NCBI GenBank assembly: GCA_051294375.1
Contig: CM119269.1
Location: 9,484,782-9,548,781 of the forward strand
DNA: 64,000 nucleotides
From: Paraspadella gotoi
Taxonomy: Eukaryota; Animalia; Chaetognatha
Direction: 5' to 3'
The position numbers were made by a program, and so were the translations under genes. Below are positions 59,093 through 64,000 of the stretch, piece after piece. The notes beneath the pieces are model-generated. The model saw nothing but the letters and a program-made list of their open reading frames with translations, ran no database searches and had not been told where the DNA came from. The stretch's first letter is position 1. Each line of letters starts with the position of its first letter.

Positions 59093-59356
59093 CGACCTTA
59101 TTTTTCCAAAACGCCCAATTTTATCTTAAATTCTTAATTTGATTAATTTTTTAGTAAAATATTAGGGATTAGGTTGGTGATTAGGTTGGTGATTAAGGTG
59201 AGTGACTCAATTTTTGTTAGGTATTTGGGTTAGGGACTAGCGTTTAGAGTTAGAAATTAGGGATAAGGTTTAAGGTAAAGGATTAATTCATAATATATTT
59301 TGATTAAAATTGAAATTAAACGAACAGAAATGGGGCTCTCTAAAAAAATAGAGCCG
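59093..59356. mobile_element. MITE-like element with 29-bp degenerate TIRs and TTAGGG-like core
   Basis: CGACCTTATTTTTCCAAAACGCCCAATTT ... AAATGGGGCTCTCTAAAAAAATAGAGCCG; interior TTAGGGATTAGGTT, GGGTTAGGG. Confidence 0.6.
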
Positions 59357-59989
59357 CTTCACCGTCGAAATTGACTCAGCAGGCAAACTTTAAGAAATAT
59401 ATTACTATTTTAATTTCTTTTTATTCTTTATAATTTTCTTTTATTCTTTTTTTTTTATTCTTTTAATTTATATTCGGTAGGTTTCTTTTTTTCTTCTTCC
59501 TCAGTTTTTATTCGTAATCATTTTTTTTTTCCTTTTGTTATTCTTTTTCCTTTCGATCGTTTTGATTTTCTCCTTTTGTTTGGGTTTATCGACCCACTAT
59601 TATTATTAATATTAATATTTATATTATTTCTTTCATATTTTTTTCGATTTAGTCCCACTGTTTTTTTTCTTTTCTGGTTAATTTTGAATCAGACTTGAAA
59701 GAAAAATGTTGTCCCGAGATCGATTTAAAAATAACCTTAGATATATAACATTTATGTGTATTGAATAATTTTTAATTGACTTTAGCCAATAATTAAAAAA
59801 ATGGAAAATAGAAAAGAAAACAAGGAAAAAAAGAGGAAGAAAGAAAAATGGAAAATATAAAAGAGAGAAAATAGTAGAAGTGATAAAATAGTAGAAGTGA
59901 TAAGTAGGGAAAGAAGAAGAAGGACAAAGAAGAAGAAGGACAAATGAGAAAAAGGGTCAGGTTGTGATGTAAAGGGTGTGGATCAGTTT

Positions 59990-60046
<57 letters not shown>

Positions 60047-60664
60047 CAAGCCATAAGCCGGTTATGCTCGACGTCAACCGATATAATCTTCCTGTAAACA
60101 AAGGATCCAACTGTAAACAAAGAATCTGGAGTACGAAGATAAATAATCGATGTTGAGTTAAAGATCTTATTCGAAATTTGGCGCTCAAAATCGGATGCGT
60201 GATACTTGATTCAAAAATTAAAAAATATGGGCGTTTGAGAAAAATGGACTGGAGGCTAAGGCCTGCTGCCAGATCCAAAGCTCTGGACAACATGAACATG
60301 CTGTCTCGCTGTCGCCACGAGGTGACACGGTTGCGGGTGTGGCGCCCTGTTAAACCAGCCTCTTCAATCAGACCTAAATACCGTGAATATGTTTTAACGA
60401 TATTCATTTTAATGATAATAAAAAGGCAAAACACAAAAAGTAATTTGGACGCCAAGTATGAAAATTTCTAGCTTTTAAGAAAAAAATTAATGCCGCGTCC
60501 TGGAAACTGAATTTTTTTTTTTCAGACACATAAATTGAATTTTGGGTTAGAAGGGAGCGAATAGATTTTTTAGATATCCTTAGTTCTGGGAAAATCTACC
60601 AAGGTGGATATAATGAGAAAGGGGTGGATTGAAGTAGTTTGAGTGACAGATTGAGAGAGAGAGT

Positions 60665-60704
<40 letters not shown>

Positions 60705-61147
60705 TGGTCGATTAGAAAAGTCATAACATTTGAGTGATCGTAAAAATTCGCCGATTTGGAGAAGAAGAGAAAAAAGTTCCGACTTACAATCGAGGCTGAA
60801 TTATGGTTCAATCAAAATACGAACGATGACATAAATATCTATACGTGATCCAATCAAAACTAAAAATAAAATTATAATAATAAATTTAAGTCGAGTGTTT
60901 TAAAAAACCACTGAAATTTAAAAAATTCCTTCGGGTGATAAAATTCTTTCTAACGATAAAAGTCTGTTTTGTGATAATGCTATTTAAAAAATATCAAATC
61001 AAGTCTGGAAGTTTCGTCAATTTCGTCGTGAAAAAAAATTTAAATTTAAAACGAAAATTATTGAAAAAATTCTTATCATTTTAATAAAAAAAAACTATAA
61101 TGCATTTAATTATAATATTCACTGATCAATAAATCGATAGTAATTAC

Positions 61148-63813
<2,666 letters not shown>

Positions 63814-64000
63814 CTGGGGGAAGAGTTGAAGGGATGGGGGAAGGGATGGGGGAAGGGAGGAAGGGATGGGGGGAAGGGATGGTGGAAGATATATAGGAAG
63901 ATGTGGAAAAGTGAGAGGAGATAAGGGGAAGGGATGGAGACGAAAAATTAAAACATTATCTAAAGATTAGTCTAGATTCTCTGCATTTCATTAATGTTGT

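Overview
AT-rich, microsatellite-laden (GA/CT, GAC, AAT, GAT) metazoan, apparently invertebrate, genomic DNA with spliceosomal introns, five N-gaps and patches of unpolished long-read noise. Most ORF-track entries are low-complexity artefacts; the real genes only appear after manual splicing. Gene models with consistent GT/AG phases: (1) a 4-exon variant ionotropic glutamate receptor lacking the amino-terminal domain (6013-8564, +); (2) a 9-exon, 415-aa PRXamide/neuromedin-U/pyrokinin-type neuropeptide GPCR (10890-28844, -); (3) a 15-exon, 631-aa astacin metalloprotease (14376-21506, +) nested antisense in the 10.8-kb intron 5 of that GPCR; (4) a 2-exon, 123-aa candidate neuropeptide precursor transcribed divergently from the GPCR (32309-33858, +); (5) the 3' seven exons of a gustatory-receptor-like 7TM ion channel (61148-63813, -). 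Mobile DNA: a 5'-truncated Penelope-like element (GIY-YIG) with inverted pseudo-LTRs, a 15-bp TSD and hammerhead ribozymes; further hammerhead-bearing relics; Helentron-type HINEs; tRNA-derived SINEs; several MITEs. The most striking patterns are the hammerhead/foldback family, tandem arrays that repeatedly start at 5' splice sites, and the head-to-head peptide-precursor/GPCR pair. The 43-54 kb region is duplicated and inverted and is probably partly an assembly artefact. No prokaryotic features or CRISPR arrays were found. All family assignments come from motif recognition by eye, not database searches.
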